Notes: a model not told the origin generated them from the letters alone. DNA of 64,000 nt from Chloroflexota bacterium (GCA_039804225.1 JBDLWN010000102.1:3344-67343); one strand, 5' to 3'. Positions 28,868 through 41,178 are shown, counted from the first letter of the stretch. Numbers and translations are program-made.

Positions 28868-30189
28868 CCCCCGCGGCGGCGGTTCGCGCCGCCATCCCTC
28901 GCGACGTTGCAGATCTGCTGCGCGTACTTCGCACGGCAGGATTTGGCGCCTACGTTGTTGGCGGTGCCGTTCGCGATGTGATCGCTGGACGAGTCCCGGC
29001 CGATTGGGATCTCGCCACTGAAGCGACACCAGACCAGTTGCGTGCACTCTTTCCGAGCGCTACCTATGAGAATCGTTTCGGCACCGTCGGTGTTCCCACG
29101 GACGACGGTGTGGTTCGTGAGATCACCACCTTCCGCGCCGATAGCGGTAGCAGCGACTCCCGTCGCCCCGACGAGGTCGCCTTCCTCCCGCGTATCGATG
29201 GCGATCTTGCGCGCAGAGACTTCACGATCAACGCGATCGCGTTTGGTCTCGCCCCTGAAGCGAGTCGACGCGCCGATCCAGTCGCCGACGGCGCGATCGT
29301 TGATCCGCATGGCGGCGCTGAGGATCTAGCCAACGGTTTGTTGCGCGCGGTTGGTGATCCGGCCGAACGATTTGTTGAGGATGCGCTGCGCATGCTGCGC
29401 GCGATCCGGTTTGTTGCGCGCTTCAGTCTCATAGTGGAGCCGAACACAGCCGCGGCAATCAAACGCGATGCACCTCTGACTGCCCGCCTCTCTGGCGAAC
29501 GAATTGGTGCAGAGATTGAGGGAATCCTCGCCGCTGCACGCCCCGCGCGCGCATTGCAGCTTGCTGCAGATCTCGGCATCCTTGCCGCCATCGCACCCGC
29601 GCTTGCGGCAGAGTGGAGCGCTGAGGTTGGTGCGCGCGTTGAGGCGGTAGGCGGCGATGCGCTCCCCGATGCGCCAGATCCTCTCGGGCGCATGAGCGAG
29701 CTTCTTCTGCCGATCGCCGACGACGAAGATGTTGCAGCACTCCTTGAATCGTGGCGTCGGCCACGAGCAACGATTGCGGCAATCCAGCAGATACGCACCC
29801 TTGATCGCGCCGTTGCCGCTGCGGAGAAGATGGCCGAGCGCGGTCTCGATGATGGGGCAGCACTTCGTATCGTAGCCGCCGCCGCTACTGGCGATCCCCG
29901 AGACGCCGCTCGGCAGATTCGTCGCCGCGTTGCGAACGGTCGGGCTGGTAGCGGTGCCGCCAGGCTCCTGCGCACCTGCGTTCAGGCTGATGAGGAGCAG
30001 CTCCCCGCAGCAGCGAGTGATCTCGCCGTTGGGGGCGACCAGCTGGTGGCGCGCCACGGTCGTACGCCGGGACCGTGGGTCGCCGCACTCCTCGCGCGAC
30101 TCGTTGATGACGTAGCTCATCGCCGCGTGGCAAACACGGAAGGTGATCTCCTCACTTGGAGCGAGAGGGTCGTCGCAGAGGAGGGGTGA
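28864..30189 (+). CDS. cca: CCA tRNA nucleotidyltransferase / poly(A) polymerase family
   Basis: GGAVRD..DxD Pol-beta nucleotidyltransferase motif (YVVGGAVRDVIAGR..DWDLAT), RRDFTINA. GTG start overlaps the HNH gene stop (GTGA). Confidence 0.8.
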   Translation: MTPAAAVRAAIPRDVADLLRVLRTAGFGAYVVGGAVRDVIAGRVPADWDLATEATPDQLRALFPSATYENRFGTVGVPTDDGVVREITTFRADSGSSDSRRPDEVAFLPRIDGDLARRDFTINAIAFGLAPEASRRADPVADGAIVDPHGGAEDLANGLLRAVGDPAERFVEDALRMLRAIRFVARFSLIVEPNTAAAIKRDAPLTARLSGERIGAEIEGILAAARPARALQLAADLGILAAIAPALAAEWSAEVGARVEAVGGDALPDAPDPLGRMSELLLPIADDEDVAALLESWRRPRATIAAIQQIRTLDRAVAAAEKMAERGLDDGAALRIVAAAATGDPRDAARQIRRRVANGRAGSGAARLLRTCVQADEEQLPAAASDLAVGGDQLVARHGRTPGPWVAALLARLVDDVAHRRVANTEGDLLTWSERVVAEEG

Positions 30190-30213
30190 GATACCATCGC
30201 GTAAACTCTCGGT

Positions 30214-31185
30214 ATGACGCTCGAGCAACGTACGATTTTGGTAACTGGTGGGGCTGGGTACATCGGCGCTGCAAGCGCCATTGCCCTGATCGCCGCTGGA
30301 CATCGTGTCGTCATCCTTGATGACCTCTCTACGGGGCACGCCGACACGATCCCAAATGAGGCCTCCTCGGTTGTGGGCAGCTTCGCCGATGGAGATCGCA
30401 TGCAGAGCCTGCTGCGCGACGCCCGGATTGACACGATCTTGCACATTGGCGCGCTGAGCATTGTTGCCGAGAGCGTGGGGCAGCCAGAGCGGTACTTCAA
30501 GACGAACCTTGTCGGCAGCATCGCTCTGCTCGACGCCGCGATTGCCGTTGGTGTGAAGCGCCTGATCTTCTCTTCTAGCGCTGCGGTGTATGGCGCCTCT
30601 TCATCGAACGTGCTCCATGAGGAGCTTCCGCTTGCACCGGTCAACCCGTATGGGGCAACGAAGGCCGCCTTCGAGCAGGTGCTCCGCGCCTACGCCGCAG
30701 CCCATGGACTCACTGCGATCGCGTTGCGCTACTTCAATGTGGCGGGTGCAACGGAGCATGTTTCTGAACGCCATCACCCAGAGACGCACCTGCTGCCACG
30801 CCTCATGAACGCTGCCCAAACTGGGGTGCCGTTTGAACTGTATGGGAGCGACTACACCACACCGGATCGCACCGCCATCCGTGATTATGTGCACGTTGCC
30901 GACGTTGCGGCAGCGCACGTCGCCGCGACCGAAAAGGTTGCCACTGAAGGGGGCCAAGGGTTCACCGCCCTGAACATCGGGAGCGGTGCGGGCACGAGTA
31001 TTCGTGAGGCGATCAAGGCAATTGAGAAGGCCTCTGGTGCACGCATAGAGGTGCAGGAGCGCCCCCGTCGCGCCGGCGATCCGCCACGCCTCGTGGCTGA
31101 TATTTCGCGGGCGCAGAGTCAGCTGGGTTGGCGCCCACGGCAGAGCGACATCAATCGAATTGTGAAGAGTCTCCTCCCGAAGTAG
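30214..31185 (+). CDS. galE: UDP-glucose 4-epimerase
   Basis: TGGAGYIG Rossmann motif, YxxxK (YGATKAA), YFNVAGA. 323 aa. Confidence 0.85.
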   Translation: MTLEQRTILVTGGAGYIGAASAIALIAAGHRVVILDDLSTGHADTIPNEASSVVGSFADGDRMQSLLRDARIDTILHIGALSIVAESVGQPERYFKTNLVGSIALLDAAIAVGVKRLIFSSSAAVYGASSSNVLHEELPLAPVNPYGATKAAFEQVLRAYAAAHGLTAIALRYFNVAGATEHVSERHHPETHLLPRLMNAAQTGVPFELYGSDYTTPDRTAIRDYVHVADVAAAHVAATEKVATEGGQGFTALNIGSGAGTSIREAIKAIEKASGARIEVQERPRRAGDPPRLVADISRAQSQLGWRPRQSDINRIVKSLLPK

Positions 31186-31187
31186 CG

Positions 31188-31556
31188 CTACTGGATTCGG
31201 ACGAGCACCTTCGCATCAGACCAGAGCTGTTCAAGCTTGTAGAAGTCGCGCTCTGGCGGCGTGAAGATGTGCACGATCACACTGCCGTAGTCCAAGACGA
31301 TCCAGTGAGAGGCGGCGGCGCGATGACGGTGAGCCGGAATGATGCCCTCTTCTGCCATGCCACTGACGATGCTCTCGGTGATGGCGGCAAGCTGTGGCTC
31401 CGAGCCACCAGTGCAAATCACAAATGCCTCGGTAACGGTGGTGAGGCTACTCACGTCAAGCACAAGGATGTCGGCCGCCTTCTTCTCTTCCGCAAGGAGG
31501 GCAACCTTTCGCGCAAGATCGTGTGGCTCAATGGCACTGTGCTGTTTCGTTGACAT
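31188..31556 (-). CDS. rsfS: Ribosome silencing factor RsfS (Iojap)
   Basis: KKAADILVLDVS...FVICTG.S..Q..AI...DYGSVIVHIF pattern. Start at MSTKQ. Confidence 0.8.
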   Translation of the reverse strand: MSTKQHSAIEPHDLARKVALLAEEKKAADILVLDVSSLTTVTEAFVICTGGSEPQLAAITESIVSGMAEEGIIPAHRHRAAASHWIVLDYGSVIVHIFTPPERDFYKLEQLWSDAKVLVRIQ

Positions 31557-31588
31557 GACCTCAGCGTACCGCACTACCGGGTGCGCGA

Positions 31589-32266
31589 TTACGAGGCAGG
31601 ATCAACGGGCACATCTTCCACTTCAACAGGGCGCTCAAGTACCAACTCAGGTCGACCGCGGTAGAGCCCCTCACGTCGAATCAAGTCAGCGACAGCGTCG
31701 GGAACGAGATATCGCAGCGACCGTCCGCGTGCCGCCAACGCCCGCAGTTCACGGCTCGCGTGCGAAAGATGGAATCCGTCGAGATAGAGGAAGCGGTCCT
31801 CGCGTCCTGGGAAGTGACGCGTAAGCCAGGCTCGGTCTGGGGTTGGCGTGCCAGGTCGTGGCAGTGCTGCAACGCGTGCTAGGTCAAGGATCCCGGCTGC
31901 ATCTTCCCACTCGTGAAATCCGAGGAGCGACTCAACAGAGAGGATGAGTGTGAGCTCTGGTGCGGCCCCAGCTTCACGTCGTTCCGCCGCAATGGCACGA
32001 AGGGTGTCGATCGTGTACGAAAGGCCGGGTCGATCAATCTCCATACGGCTCAACTCAAATGCTGGATTCCCGGCGATCGCAAGTTGAACCATGCGACATC
32101 GAATCTCAGGGTCGGTGACACGATCGGCGACTTTGTGCGGAGGTCGTGCGGCGGGGACAAAGAGTACGTGGTCGAGTTTCAACAGCTCGTAGGCGGCCTG
32201 GCCGAGGGCAAGGTGGCCATCGTGGATTGGGTCGAACGTTCCACCGAGAATTCCGATGCCGCTCAC
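31589..32266 (-). CDS. nadD: Nicotinate-nucleotide adenylyltransferase
   Basis: GILGGTFDPIHDGHL (H/TxGH) motif and ISST-like region. Conserved obg-nadD-rsfS order. Confidence 0.85.
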   Translation of the reverse strand: MSGIGILGGTFDPIHDGHLALGQAAYELLKLDHVLFVPAARPPHKVADRVTDPEIRCRMVQLAIAGNPAFELSRMEIDRPGLSYTIDTLRAIAAERREAGAAPELTLILSVESLLGFHEWEDAAGILDLARVAALPRPGTPTPDRAWLTRHFPGREDRFLYLDGFHLSHASRELRALAARGRSLRYLVPDAVADLIRREGLYRGRPELVLERPVEVEDVPVDPAS

Positions 32267-33654
32267 CCTTCACTCTCCCCGTCGTTGTTCGGTGTTGCGG
32301 CCAAGAGAACGCCATCAAGCTCCAGCGCCTCGGCCTCTTCCGCCGCGTTGAGGAGCGATGCGTCGTCTGGGTCATCCCACTCAAGAGAGAGCTCACCGAT
32401 CATGACGGTGTCGCCGCTGCGGCACCCCGCCTTTCGCAGCGCAGATTCAATCCCCTGTCGCGCAAGCTCATGCTGGAATCGCTCCGCAGATTCATCGCGA
32501 GCAAAGTCGGTCTGATGTACGAGCCGCTCAATCGCCTTCCCACGAACGCGGAATCCCTCGCCCTCGCGGCTAACCTCAAAGCCAACTGAGGCGATCGGAT
32601 TGATGCGGTGCACCACCACACCCGCCGGCTCAGCTGGATACGAGAGAGTCTCTGCATCAGGGAGAAGGTCGGCCAAAGCATCGCGCAGCGCAGCGATCCC
32701 CTCGCCGCGCTCGCCGCCCGCCGCCGAGATCGGCAGCACCTGCAAGCCGAGCTCGCGGAACGCTGTGGTCAGTTCCGCCTCACGCTCCTTTGCCTCGGGC
32801 CGATCCAGTTTGTTGAGGGCAATCAGCGTGGTCTTCTCGAGCAGCGCTGGATTGTGCGCCTCAAGCTCTGTGCGAATGATTGCGGCATCGCGCACAGGAT
32901 CGGTAGTAGACGCATCGACCACGTGCACCAGCACGCGCGTACGCGAGGCATGTCGCAAGAAGGCGAAGCCGAGACCGGCACCGATTGACGCCCCCTCAAT
33001 CAGTCCTGGTAGATCGGCGATTGTTGGCCGGCGACCATCGTCAATGCCAAGTTCGAGCACGCCGAGGTTTGGCTCAAGGGTGGTGAAGGCATAGTCACCA
33101 ATCTTTGGCTGTGCCGCCGTGAGTGCCGCGAGCAGAGTGGACTTTCCAGCATTCGGTAGCCCGACGAGTCCAACATCCGCAATTAGACGAAGTTCAAGTC
33201 GCACGTCGCGCAGCTCTCCAGGCTCCCCTTTCTGCGCGTGACGTGGCGCCTGATGGGTTGCCGTGGTGAAGTGCGCATTACCAAGGCCACCGCGGCCGCC
33301 GCGCACCAACAACACATGCTGCTCGCGCGAGACAAGGTCGGCGATGAGATCACCACTCCTTGCATCAAAGATTGCCGTGCCAGGTGGCACTCGAATGACC
33401 AGGTCGCGTCCAGCTTTGCCGTGCGACGTCTTGTTTCCGCCGCCGCTCGCATCACCTGCAACGTATCGACGTTTGACCTCAAAGTCGCGCAGGGTGGTCT
33501 GCCCAGTATCCACCGCCACATAGATGCTGCCGCCCCGGCCGCCGTCGCCACCATCAGGACCACCACGAGGTACATGCGACTCACGGCGCATCGTCGATGC
33601 ACCATCACCGCCACGCCCAGCAGCCAGGTGGATCTCTACAACGTCAAGAAACAT
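32263..33654 (-). CDS. obg: GTPase Obg/CgtA
   Basis: Gly-rich Obg fold (GGDGG..GG), G1 GLPNAGKST, G3 DLPG, G4 NKLD, C-terminal TGS-like domain. Confidence 0.9.
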   Translation of the reverse strand: MFLDVVEIHLAAGRGGDGASTMRRESHVPRGGPDGGDGGRGGSIYVAVDTGQTTLRDFEVKRRYVAGDASGGGNKTSHGKAGRDLVIRVPPGTAIFDARSGDLIADLVSREQHVLLVRGGRGGLGNAHFTTATHQAPRHAQKGEPGELRDVRLELRLIADVGLVGLPNAGKSTLLAALTAAQPKIGDYAFTTLEPNLGVLELGIDDGRRPTIADLPGLIEGASIGAGLGFAFLRHASRTRVLVHVVDASTTDPVRDAAIIRTELEAHNPALLEKTTLIALNKLDRPEAKEREAELTTAFRELGLQVLPISAAGGERGEGIAALRDALADLLPDAETLSYPAEPAGVVVHRINPIASVGFEVSREGEGFRVRGKAIERLVHQTDFARDESAERFQHELARQGIESALRKAGCRSGDTVMIGELSLEWDDPDDASLLNAAEEAEALELDGVLLAATPNNDGESEG

Positions 33655-33657
33655 GGT

Positions 33658-35190
33658 TTAGGGAAGGAAGCGCGCTGGGTTGTAGAGCGTCGAGGCCCCA
33701 GCGAGCGGGAATCCTCGAGAGACCACGAAGTGCAGGTGGGGCCCAGTCGCGCAGCCCGTTTGGCCCATGCGCCCGATGCGCGTTCCCCGCGTCACCTTCT
33801 GGCCGGTGTTCACGAGGATGCCTGAGAGGTGGTAGTACCCCGTATAGAGGTTCGAACCGTGAGCAATGATTACTTGGTATCCACCGCAGTTGTTGCGCCA
33901 CCCAGTGAAGACCACGACGCCATCGCCAGCGGCAACGATTGGGGCACCGTAAGCGTTAGAAATATCCATCCCCAAGTGTGTACGAGTGAACCCACGTACG
34001 TAGCGACCGCCAGGTACGGGGTAGCGGAATTTCACTCCGCTATACACCGACGGAATCGGTCCTGTGTAGCCGATGAGCCCATCGGGGCGAGTAAATGTTG
34101 GCAGCGCAGCGCCTCGCCCGCCCGGAAGGACAAGGACCATGCCCAAGACAAGGTCTGCAGTCTTTAGGTTGTTGTAGGTACGAATAGTTGATGGCGTAAC
34201 GCGATACTTAGACGCGATCGATTTGAGCGTCTCATGCTCGCGCACCGTAACGACGATGCCGCGGGTGTCTGGAACGCGCAGGCGCTTTCCAACTGGTGGA
34301 TTGTCGGCGGACTGCAGGCCGTTAGACCAGATCAGCTCCATGGAAGTGATCTTGTAGCGTTTCGCAATCGCGGCGAGGGTTTCACCACGGGCAACCACAT
34401 GGATGATGACGTGGTCACGACCGTCGGCGACAACGATATCGATGGCAGCTGGGAGCTCAAGGGTTCCATCGTCAAGGAAGATTGGCCCGTCCGCTGCCGA
34501 TGTCGCCACCACTGGGTCAGAGGACTGCGCAATAACCTCTGTGGCGCGCATTGAGAAGGTCCTCTCTGTGGCAGTCTCTCCAATGAGTACCCCGTCGCTC
34601 ACGGCGAAGTTCTCGGTGATGCCATCCGAGGCGAACCGGTCTGGGTTTTCCGTTCCACCCCACTCCGTCGTAAACGTCTGCTCAAGGTCAGCGCCCATTC
34701 CGACGCTCATACCCGCGTCATTCAGCGCCTGCGAGCGAACGTCAACAGTTGGCCCTGGGAGGAGGCTCGCAATAATCGCCACGCTGAGAAGCCCAGCGAT
34801 CACCGCGGGCATTGCTCGCTCTGGTTCGCGGCCCAGATTGCGTAGCCCAGATTCGAGAGAGCGGCGGCGGCGGCGCAGCAATCGAAGGATCCCCCGCTCC
34901 TCGAGGGCTGGGGAGACTTTATGGGCGATAGCTGCTACGGCGATTCCGCTAGTGCGGGCGGCAAGTGTGGGGTGAACGCGAATCCGGCGTGGGAGTGGGT
35001 GCTTTAGAAACTCACCAGCTCGGAAGAGGCTCAGGCGAATAGCGCGTTCACCGCTACGTTCCAAGAAGGATCCGAATGCCAGGAGGCGACGGCGAATAGC
35101 CGCGGCGAGACGGAAGGAGAGGCTTCCAGCTCGCACATTGCGATGCATGGATCCACGGGCAGACGTTTTTTGGCGTTTCACATCTGGCAT
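33658..35190 (-). CDS. LysM-domain M23 family metallopeptidase (start ambiguous, possible alternative at 34812)
   Basis: Two LysM repeats (HVVARGETLAAIAKRY.., VTVREHETLKSIASKY..). M23 motifs (HLGMDI..., HLHF). TM anchor MPAVIAGLLSVAIIASLL. The first 126 codons are Arg-rich with lower third-position GC and may instead be a 5' leader. Confidence 0.8.
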   Translation of the reverse strand: MPDVKRQKTSARGSMHRNVRAGSLSFRLAAAIRRRLLAFGSFLERSGERAIRLSLFRAGEFLKHPLPRRIRVHPTLAARTSGIAVAAIAHKVSPALEERGILRLLRRRRRSLESGLRNLGREPERAMPAVIAGLLSVAIIASLLPGPTVDVRSQALNDAGMSVGMGADLEQTFTTEWGGTENPDRFASDGITENFAVSDGVLIGETATERTFSMRATEVIAQSSDPVVATSAADGPIFLDDGTLELPAAIDIVVADGRDHVIIHVVARGETLAAIAKRYKITSMELIWSNGLQSADNPPVGKRLRVPDTRGIVVTVREHETLKSIASKYRVTPSTIRTYNNLKTADLVLGMVLVLPGGRGAALPTFTRPDGLIGYTGPIPSVYSGVKFRYPVPGGRYVRGFTRTHLGMDISNAYGAPIVAAGDGVVVFTGWRNNCGGYQVIIAHGSNLYTGYYHLSGILVNTGQKVTRGTRIGRMGQTGCATGPHLHFVVSRGFPLAGASTLYNPARFLP

Positions 35191-35275
35191 AGCAGCCTCC
35201 GATCTCCGCCTTAGTCTACCCCTCGGCTATGCCGCCGAGCGGAAGACCTGGCACACACTGTGCCTTGTGCGTGGG

Positions 35276-36682
35276 TTACGCGGGGTTAGACCCCTCGGTT
35301 CCCTTCGTGAGTGAGGCGAGGAACTGGGCGTTTGACTCCGTCTTCGCAATGCGGTTCAGGAGCAGCTCAATCCCCTCGTTGGCCCCAACGGCCGAGAGCA
35401 TTCGGCGCATGGTCCAGACCATCTTCAGGGTCCCTTCGTCAAGAAGGAGTTCCTCGCGGCGGGTACCAGAGCGCTGCACGTCAATCGCCGGGAAGATGCG
35501 CTTCTCGGCCAACTTGCGGTCGAGCACAAGTTCGGAGTTACCCGTTCCCTTGAACTCTTCGTAGATGACGTCATCCATCTTCGAACCAGTGTCGACGAGG
35601 CAGGTGCCGATGATGGTGAGTGAGCCGCCCTCTTCGAGCTTTCGCGCCGCACCGAAGAAGCGCTTTGGTGGATAGAGCGCAATTGGGTCGATACCGCCCG
35701 AGAGCGTTCGCCCGGATGGTGGGAGCGCCAAGTTATAGGCGCGTGCCAGTCGCGTAATTGAGTCAAGCAACACGACAACGTCGGCACCGGCCTCGGTGCG
35801 GCGCTTCGCAATTTCCAGTGCCATCTCGGCAACATGCGTGTGGTTCTCGGTTGGCTCGTCGAAGGTCGACGAGATGACCTCGCCCTTCACGGAGCGGCGC
35901 ATGTCGGTGACCTCTTCTGGTCGCTCGCCGATGAGGCAGACCATCAGGGAGATCTCTGGATAGTTCGCAGTCACGCCCTGGGCGATCTGCTTCAGCAGGC
36001 TCGTCTTACCGGCTTTCGGTGGCGAAACGATAAGGGCGCGCTGCCCCTTGCCCAGTGGGTTGACCAGGTTGATCAGTCGCTGTGAAAGGTTCGATGGAAC
36101 TGTCTCGAGGTTGATCAGCTCAATTGGGTGAATCGGTGTGAGGTCGCCGAAGTGCGGTCGTCGTCGCGCCGACTCTGGGTCGGTGCCAGAGACGATTTCG
36201 ACGCGGAGCATCCCCCAGAACTTCTCACCCTCGCGCGGTGCACGAATCACGCCGCCGATCGTGTCTCCCTGACGCAGGCCGAGTCTGCGCACCATTGGTG
36301 ACGGCACGTAAACATCGTCGGCGCTGGGGAGTAAGCCATTGCGGCGAATAAAGCCGTAGCCATCGTCAACAATTTCAAGGATCCCTTCGGCCCAAATCTG
36401 ACCCTGCTCTTCGGCCTGCGCCGTGAGGATCTTCTGGATGACTGTGGATAGTTCTTCTTGCTGGGTAGCTTCGACGCCGAGCTTCTTCGCTGCAGCAATG
36501 AGCTCTGTTGCCTTCATGTTGGCGAGGGAAGCAAATGTGACGAGCCCCTCGGCGGCAAGGTCGGCTTCTGAGAGCACCTCGACGTCGGCCGGAAGTGCGC
36601 CCTGTGGCATGCGCATTGAATTCGGGTTCGGTCCGCCGCGGCGGGGTGGTCGTCGTGGGCCGCGATTTCGTCCGTCGTTCAT
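35276..36682 (-). CDS. rho: Transcription termination factor Rho
   Basis: Cold-shock-like RNA-binding domain (GYGFIRR), Walker A ([10 protein letters not shown]), Q and R loops. Start taken at MNDGRNRG; the upstream ORF-track extension is RS-rich. Confidence 0.9.
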   Translation of the reverse strand: MNDGRNRGPRRPPRRGGPNPNSMRMPQGALPADVEVLSEADLAAEGLVTFASLANMKATELIAAAKKLGVEATQQEELSTVIQKILTAQAEEQGQIWAEGILEIVDDGYGFIRRNGLLPSADDVYVPSPMVRRLGLRQGDTIGGVIRAPREGEKFWGMLRVEIVSGTDPESARRRPHFGDLTPIHPIELINLETVPSNLSQRLINLVNPLGKGQRALIVSPPKAGKTSLLKQIAQGVTANYPEISLMVCLIGERPEEVTDMRRSVKGEVISSTFDEPTENHTHVAEMALEIAKRRTEAGADVVVLLDSITRLARAYNLALPPSGRTLSGGIDPIALYPPKRFFGAARKLEEGGSLTIIGTCLVDTGSKMDDVIYEEFKGTGNSELVLDRKLAEKRIFPAIDVQRSGTRREELLLDEGTLKMVWTMRRMLSAVGANEGIELLLNRIAKTESNAQFLASLTKGTEGSNPA

Positions 36683-36806
36683 ATCAGTTGAATACCTTCC
36701 TCTACCTATGGGTGAATGCATCCCCGGTACGCGGTACTGCGTCGCGCTTGCTGTGCAGTTCGGGGGGGATGAGAGAACTCTACGGCAGCCGTTGCCGCTC
36801 GTCAAG

Positions 36807-36826
36807 AGCCCGATGATTCGGGCCCA
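36807..36826 (-). terminator. GC-rich hairpin 4 nt downstream of the fsa stop (GAGCCCGA-TGAT-TCGGGCCC), weak U-tract
   Basis: Near-perfect 8-bp inverted repeat read directly from the sequence. It lies in the fsa-rho intergenic region, also the rho leader. Confidence 0.3.
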
Positions 36827-36829
36827 CGA

Positions 36830-37486
36830 CTACTTCCCGGAGGTTGCCTTTGCCCAGTCTGACTTGAAGATCGCGATCCCCTTATCGGTCAGTGGGTGCT
36901 TCGTCATCTGCTCAAGCACCTTGAGCGGCATTGTGGCAACGTGCGCACCCGCCAGTGCTGACTCAGTGACGTGTCGTGGGTGGCGGATTGATGCAGCAAG
37001 GATCTCGCAGTGATCAAGCCCCTCGTAGTTCGCAAAGATCTCAGCGAGCTCTCGGATCACGATCATGCCGTCTTCGTTGATGTCGTCGAGTCGGCCAACG
37101 AATGGGCTAATCAGTGAGGCACCGGCCTTCGCCGCCATGAGCCCCTGGTTCGCGGTGAAGATCAGCGTGCAGTTCGTCTTGATCCCCTCGGAAGCGAGGC
37201 GGCTAATTGCCTCGAGGCCGGCGGTCGTGAGGGCAACCTTGACGACGATGTTCGGAGCGATCTTCGCAAAGGCGAGACCCTCTTTGACCATGCCGTCGGC
37301 GTCATCGCTGATCACCTCCGCCGAGACCGGACCCTTCGTCAGGTTGCAGATCTCCTTTAGGATCTCCTCGTACGAACCGCCAACCTTTGCGTAGAGCGAC
37401 GGGTTCGTGGTGACGCCGTCGACAACGCCCCACTTGATCCCAGTCTTGATCTCTTCGATGTCAGCGGTGTCCAAGAAGAACTTCAT
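36830..37486 (-). CDS. Fructose-6-phosphate aldolase / transaldolase-like (Tal type 3B/FSA family)
   Basis: 218 aa. MKFFLDTADIEEI...TTNPSL...KV (Schiff-base Lys region) typical of short transaldolase/FSA. Confidence 0.85.
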   Translation of the reverse strand: MKFFLDTADIEEIKTGIKWGVVDGVTTNPSLYAKVGGSYEEILKEICNLTKGPVSAEVISDDADGMVKEGLAFAKIAPNIVVKVALTTAGLEAISRLASEGIKTNCTLIFTANQGLMAAKAGASLISPFVGRLDDINEDGMIVIRELAEIFANYEGLDHCEILAASIRHPRHVTESALAGAHVATMPLKVLEQMTKHPLTDKGIAIFKSDWAKATSGK

Positions 37487-37529
37487 AGCGCCCCCTCAAT
37501 ATTGAATGTCTTAGCCCGATTATGGGCGA

Positions 37530-39284
<1,755 letters not shown>

Positions 39285-39334
39285 CTACACTTAAGGTGGG
39301 GCGCTCGGGGGTTCCCGAACGAGCCTGACGGAGT

Positions 39335-40249
39335 CTATCGCAGGCGGCGGCGGAACGGGGAACTGGTTTGGCGCCCTGCCCAGATCCCCAAAAGGATGAG
39401 TGCGCCGCCGAACGCTTGGATCGGCTCAAGGGCCTCGCTGAGCACGGCGGCCGAGACTACGACGGCGAGGAACGGCACCAGTAGTTGGAAGCTGGCGACG
39501 CGTGAGACGCCAACGATCGGCACAGCTGTGAAATACAAGACGTTGGCCAAGCTGCTTGAGCCGATCGTTGAGAAGACCAAGCCGAAGATGGCGACCGGTG
39601 GTGGCGCAGCAAGCCCATCGAATTGACCGTCGGCGATCGCGGTGATGAAGAGCGCAGCTCCACCGAAGATCATGCTCCAGGCGGTCCAGGCTATTGCGCC
39701 AACGCGTGGAATCACGCGTGCCCCAGCAAGCAGATAAACAGCCCAACAGACGGCGGCGGCGAGTGTCATCAACACGCCGGCCGTCTCACCGCCAAATGCA
39801 CCCGCCCCTTCGCCAAGGGCAACGGCCACAACGCCGGCAAAGGCAATGATGCCGCCCAGGGCAACCGCAGGCTTCAGCGGATCGATGCGCAGTAGTGAGG
39901 CCAGGATCGCCGTCAGAAACGGGGTGACCGCAATCAGAAGCGCACTCGTGCCAGCATTAATGGTGCCGAACGCGCCCGCCCAGAGAAGTTGATAGACGCC
40001 CTGGCCGATCACACCAAAGAGTGCGGCTGCGAGCAGGTCGCGCCGCGCCATACGAATGTTGGCGCCGCGCAGGAACGCCCAGCCGAGAACCAATACGCCA
40101 GCGGTGGTGATGCGGACAGCAGAGAATGGCAGAACGGGCCACGCAAGCACCGCCGCTTTCACCACAGTGAAGTTGATGGCCCAGGTCGCCATGGCGACGA
40201 GCACGCCGAGTTCAGCCACAGCGCGGATGCTCAGCGGAGCGCGGCTCAC
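39335..40249 (-). CDS. EamA/DMT-superfamily transporter
   Basis: Ten predicted TM helices in two EamA-like repeats. 304 aa. Confidence 0.75.
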   Translation of the reverse strand: MSRAPLSIRAVAELGVLVAMATWAINFTVVKAAVLAWPVLPFSAVRITTAGVLVLGWAFLRGANIRMARRDLLAAALFGVIGQGVYQLLWAGAFGTINAGTSALLIAVTPFLTAILASLLRIDPLKPAVALGGIIAFAGVVAVALGEGAGAFGGETAGVLMTLAAAVCWAVYLLAGARVIPRVGAIAWTAWSMIFGGAALFITAIADGQFDGLAAPPPVAIFGLVFSTIGSSSLANVLYFTAVPIVGVSRVASFQLLVPFLAVVVSAAVLSEALEPIQAFGGALILLGIWAGRQTSSPFRRRLR

Positions 40250-41178
40250 GACGCGGTATTCCGGTCGAGATACCCCTTTTCACGGGCACGATCGATTCCT
40301 GCCACAAAGAGTCGTGGCGAGAGAAGCCAAATGATGACGGTGCCCGCGGCAAGGATGAGCAGGAGCTCCTTCGTGGGCATGGAGCCGAGGATACCTGGTG
40401 ATGTGGTGCCGAGGAGCGCGCGTCGCAACCCCTCTATCCACCAGGTGATGGGGAGTGCCGCCGAAATGCCTTGCACTGGGCCTGGAAGCACCTCGAGCGG
40501 GAAGATCGCGCCGCAGAGCAAGAATACGGTCGATGAGACCGCCTGCGGGTAGGCCCAGGCATCATTGCGCAGCTGCACGCAAACTCCACCGAGCACAATG
40601 CCCAACCCAACAACGGAGAGAAGTCCAAGCGGGAGCACCGCCATAAGAAGCAGTAGGTCGGGACCACCCGCGCGCATCGGCACACCGAGCAAGACTCCTG
40701 CACCGATGACAATCAGCGCACTAAACCCGGCGATGCTCGCCTTGACCAACGACCGACCAATCGACACGGGGAGCAGGGATGACGGCGTTGCAAAGATGTA
40801 ACGGATCGTGCGATAGCGCTCGCGATCGTCAAGCAGTGCATGCGTTGGCCCCTCCAGCGCAGCGCTGACGATTTGGAAAACGGCCTGACCCATCACCACA
40901 AACCCGATCGTCGCGACGTTCAGAGTTCCGCCGATGCTAAGCACGGTGAGAAAGAGGCCAAGGAACGCAAGTGGCCGAACAATGAGAAACGCAGCAAGAT
41001 AGATTGGCTCGGCCCAATTCCCTTCAATCGCCCACGCAAGTCGCGCCGAGGCGACAAGGGAGCGTGCAGCGTCGGCAGCAGAGCCACGCAGCGGACCGAA
41101 TGGGCGCACCTCTGGTGCGGAACCCGCGCTAATCGGCACGTGCCAACAACTTTCCACCAGAGCGACCGATGCGTTCAA
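40246..41178 (-). CDS. ABC-2 type transporter permease
   Basis: Six-TM ABC-2 permease topology, downstream of and coupled to a second permease and the ATPase. The true start may be downstream of the ORF-track start. Confidence 0.65.
   Translation of the reverse strand: MNASVALVESCWHVPISAGSAPEVRPFGPLRGSAADAARSLVASARLAWAIEGNWAEPIYLAAFLIVRPLAFLGLFLTVLSIGGTLNVATIGFVVMGQAVFQIVSAALEGPTHALLDDRERYRTIRYIFATPSSLLPVSIGRSLVKASIAGFSALIVIGAGVLLGVPMRAGGPDLLLLMAVLPLGLLSVVGLGIVLGGVCVQLRNDAWAYPQAVSSTVFLLCGAIFPLEVLPGPVQGISAALPITWWIEGLRRALLGTTSPGILGSMPTKELLLILAAGTVIIWLLSPRLFVAGIDRAREKGYLDRNTAS

Noticed and set aside
29326-30444. 372 aa minus-strand ORF spanning the cca and galE genes
   Set aside because: Antisense to two strongly supported conserved genes. 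Arg/Ser/Cys-rich composition. GC-frame artefact.
33836-33850. GGTTCGAACC-containing stretch resembling a tRNA T-arm
   Set aside because: Palindromic hexamer inside the M23 peptidase coding region with no surrounding cloverleaf. Not a tRNA.
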